A DNA stretch of 64,000 nt from Pavona decussata (Eukaryota), in NCBI GenBank assembly GCA_977016875.1, contig CDRNST010000215.1, forward strand, positions 2,480,001 through 2,544,000, written 5' to 3'. The position numbers were made by a program, and so were the translations under genes. Shown piece by piece: positions 60,696 through 64,000 of the stretch. Below the pieces are notes generated by a model. It was not told the origin of the DNA. It saw only the letters and a program-made list of their open reading frames with translations, and did no database searches. Position 1 is the first letter of the stretch. Each line of letters starts with the position of its first letter.

Positions 60696-63492
60696 AATCT
60701 TTTTCTCAATAGGGCCTTTTTGCAATGTTCACTTTAAATCGATCTTTTGCACCTGCGTCGGTTTCACTGATTATTTCATGAATACGTCTGTGAATCAATC
60801 AACCACTCTATAGACGCTGACAAAGGAATCAAAATAAGCTATTTTTCTTCCGTGCTATTCATTGACTTAAACTTAATTTAAAACAATGATATTGGCGAAT
60901 TCATCGTTGTAAAGCTTCGTTGGACACCAAAAGATGAAAGGAAAGTAAAACAATTAAGTTTATGTCGAGCAAAAAGAGAAGTTATGCAACAGATAATTTG
61001 TAAATTTTGCGTCGTATTAAACTTCAAAATTGACTGTGTGCTGCAGAGCTTGTTAAGTCTTTGTTATTGCTTTCATTGACACAATGCTGAACCACCCAAT
61101 CGACTCGACACCACGTGTTTATACCCGTAGTACCAACCCTAGGGTTCATAAATATTCAAACACAGCGTGTTGCCATTTGATAACAGCTGTTACACACGTG
61201 TTGCGTAAGGTAGATAGAAGGAAGCATGTGTCATAACAGTTGAATACCCGGCGATATCAGGTAGTAAGCCAACTCAGCAGCGGTGCTTTTATCCTGGGGG
61301 CGCGTTTGGAATAACAGTTCGAGTTCTGAGCAAACGAATTCGTTTTCATAGAAAGGTGAGGACATTCAGAAATATTTAATTAATTATAAAAGCGCTGTTT
61401 TTTGTTTCAAATCAGGTTTAAAGATTTCTTCCTTTTTTTGCTTTTGTTCTTTAACAGATTCAAATGAAAAAACGGTATTATTAACTATACTTAGGTTCAG
61501 ATTTTTTAGCCGCTTTTAAAATTTCCTCGCCAATATTGAACTGTGTAGTTTTCTGTTTTTGCTGAAAATATCAGCTTAGCAAACAGGCTACGAATTGCCT
61601 TTTAGCTGGTTTTAGTGATATTTGTAAATGACAAAACCTAATTTGCCCTTTTGAATTTTGTCAAAAAAATCTCAACCGTATGTTGAACTTTTTGATAGAA
61701 AGGCAATATCATATCTTAAATTTAAATGTCTGTAACAGGAGCGCTGAGGCCAGTAAGGAGTTAAGTAACTTGTTAAAACGTATAAAGATTGCAAAGAAAG
61801 GAAAAATGGTCTCAAGTCAGAACTCTGAGGAAAAAACAACACCGGAAAAATAGCAACAAAGAGATAATCTCCCCTTTTCAAAAGCACAGTCATTTACGGC
61901 TTTGTTTTTGAAGTAATAAAACGGAGAAGGAATAATTTTCTCTTTCCTTCATAAGGACATTTTCACCACATCATTTTCAGAGTCGCCCCTCCTTCCGCTG
62001 CGGCACTGATTTCATTGTAAATTATTTGTTGATATTTGTCAATGCGCAGAAAAATTTGATTGATTGTTTTTTTTGAACATATTCATTTTTGAACACGGAA
62101 CAGAACAACTTGATACTCAACGATTAGATTTATATCCGCTTCAAAAATAGATGACCGTTGAATTTTCGTCTCCCTATTACGCGCGCCTTTCCGGTTTTTT
62201 TTTTAGTGGACGAAAATAATAGATGCTGTAAATTTGTATTTGAAATCTCAGCAGGTAAGCCTTGGCTTTAATGAATATTAATACCCTTTTCTCAAGTTTG
62301 AAACGATTGCTCTCCTGAGTAAACATTCAATCTCAGCCAAAAAAAATATATTAAAATTTAACATCAAACCACTTGCTGCAAATGTAAATAGATACTTTAC
62401 TATTCATAAACTTTATGCAATTAAACCATTTGCTACTGGAAACAATACTTGGGGAGCGGTGGAAATTAGATTAAGGATATAAGTTTCTGTAAGATGAATA
62501 GGAAATGATTTGGTTTACTCTGTGGTTTCATGTTTAGTTAAGCCCGACAGTGCAAATAAGGCCACAGGTAATGAAAACATTTTTTGCAGCGAGCTACCTG
62601 CTTTGCCTCGGCAACGGGTAAAAAAAAGTATCAAAAAAAAAAATGTCTGGATGAGCGAAAAGTAAAGAACAATCCCGCAATTTTTTTTCAAATGCAAATA
62701 CAATCCATCACCGGTCGCTTCTTTGTATCTATTTTTGTTTCAAAGAGAGAATGATTTTCGACCAAGTAATGTAAAAAGAAACAGTGCATTAATTCTTAAT
62801 TGAATTTGTCCAGAATAATATATCTGCGATTTAAGTACAATTGGAAGAAGTTTGTCTCACGCCAAGACGGACTCTGGGGTCTATAGGGTGAAATCTTGAA
62901 GTATGGCCATACTCGGGGCCCGCCAATTCAAATAAAAGCTTTAATGTCGAGCATTACTTTCTTGAAATTGTGTTTAATTGATTCGCCTTCTTCTTTCTTT
63001 TTCATTTTCAACTTGTTCATTATTATACATAAATATGCATGTTGTCTTGTCTGTTAAATGTAGTCGAAGTTCGTTCGGCACGCGTTTGGCAAATGGCCTG
63101 CGGCAAATACACGCATGATGAAAAACAACTTTGAACTCATTTTTGTCCCTTTGAAGGCTGAGCCACTGACAGGCTGTCACAGCCGCCCTTTGTCACAGAA
63201 GCAATTTTAACACAACAAATACGTTCTGGTAAAAGCTCGCATTCATATGCAAATCCCGCTCGGAAGAGCTAAGCACCTCAGGCACTTGAATAAGTTGTTT
63301 TGTTTTCTCGCACAATAACAGCATTATCGTTCTCCCAGGAGGGAAAGCAACGCTCTGCCATTGGACAGTTCCTTACCACTGTGGTTATTGCAAGATCCTT
63401 GCCTCGTGCCATCCCAAGTGCAAATTAACATCAGTGTTTTTAGTTGGCGTTATTAATCAGTCACCCAGAAACACATCGCTTACAAGCAAGCC

Positions 63493-63599
63493 ATGGGTGC
63501 CACTAAGGAACTCCGGGGTCTGTTTCTTTGGTTTGTTCTGCTCAACTATGGCGCCGTTTGTTCTACTGGCTTAGAGGAGAGCTGTATTTGGAGAGGAAG
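63493..63599 (+). CDS. METRN: First coding exon of a meteorin/meteorin-like secreted protein (3'-partial)
   Basis: GCC-ATG-G start, signal peptide, then EESCIWRG(S) ending AG|GTAAGA (phase 2). Resembles the meteorin-family N-terminal ExCSWRGSG motif. Only one exon is visible. Confidence 0.68.
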
Positions 63600-64000
63600 G
63601 TAAGAAAAAAGACATGTTTTAGCAGTTTGGTGTTAACACCAGCCGTCAGTAATTAGAGTTCTTTTGAATCACTGTTCAAAGCAACTCGTGCCGATTGCGT
63701 AGGAAATGGAACGAAACGAAAATATGCTTGATGCGCCAGGAATGGTCTCTCAAAAAGGAACCCCAAGAACCTCTGGTATTCTTGTAGGCTTTTATTCGAG
63801 TCTTTGTATGGTGTTAGGTGCATCTAGAAGGTATCATAATCATTAGAAACTTCCGATGAAATTACTGTTGCCTTAAGTGGCTACGTTATGATACGTTTCT
63901 GCTTGGCGCTCGCGCAGTCCAACTTAACTGTTTACACGGAATATTGTGTAAAGAGAAAAAAAGAACTGTCAAGTCAATTCTTTACAACCTTGAAGAGTAA

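Overview
Eukaryotic, intron-rich animal genomic DNA. The repeat landscape suggests an anthozoan cnidarian, probably a stony coral (inference, not proven). I could assemble seven protein-coding loci by hand with phase-consistent GT-AG junctions: BPTF/NURF301 (minus strand, 3' end runs off the window start) head-to-head with AIMP2; a two-exon small secreted PAN/apple-like protein; PRPSAP (minus) head-to-head with intronless METTL18; DGK-epsilon; and the first coding exon of a meteorin-like gene at the window end. Introns and intergenic DNA hold many MITEs, tRNA-derived SINEs, LINE ends and Penelope-like remnants. The most unusual items are: (1) a 1,145-bp TIR element with a perfect 9-bp TSD carrying a decayed, intron-containing EXO1/XPG-N nuclease fragment in a BPTF intron; (2) minimal hammerhead-ribozyme motifs, one in the sense strand of that same intron; (3) two possible routes to a BPTF isoform lacking the C-terminal PHD/bromodomain; (4) a probable transcript overlap or nesting of PRPSAP and METTL18; (5) a 5-nt first coding exon of DGKE whose intron holds upstream ORFs. 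All exon coordinates were read manually and need RNA-seq confirmation.
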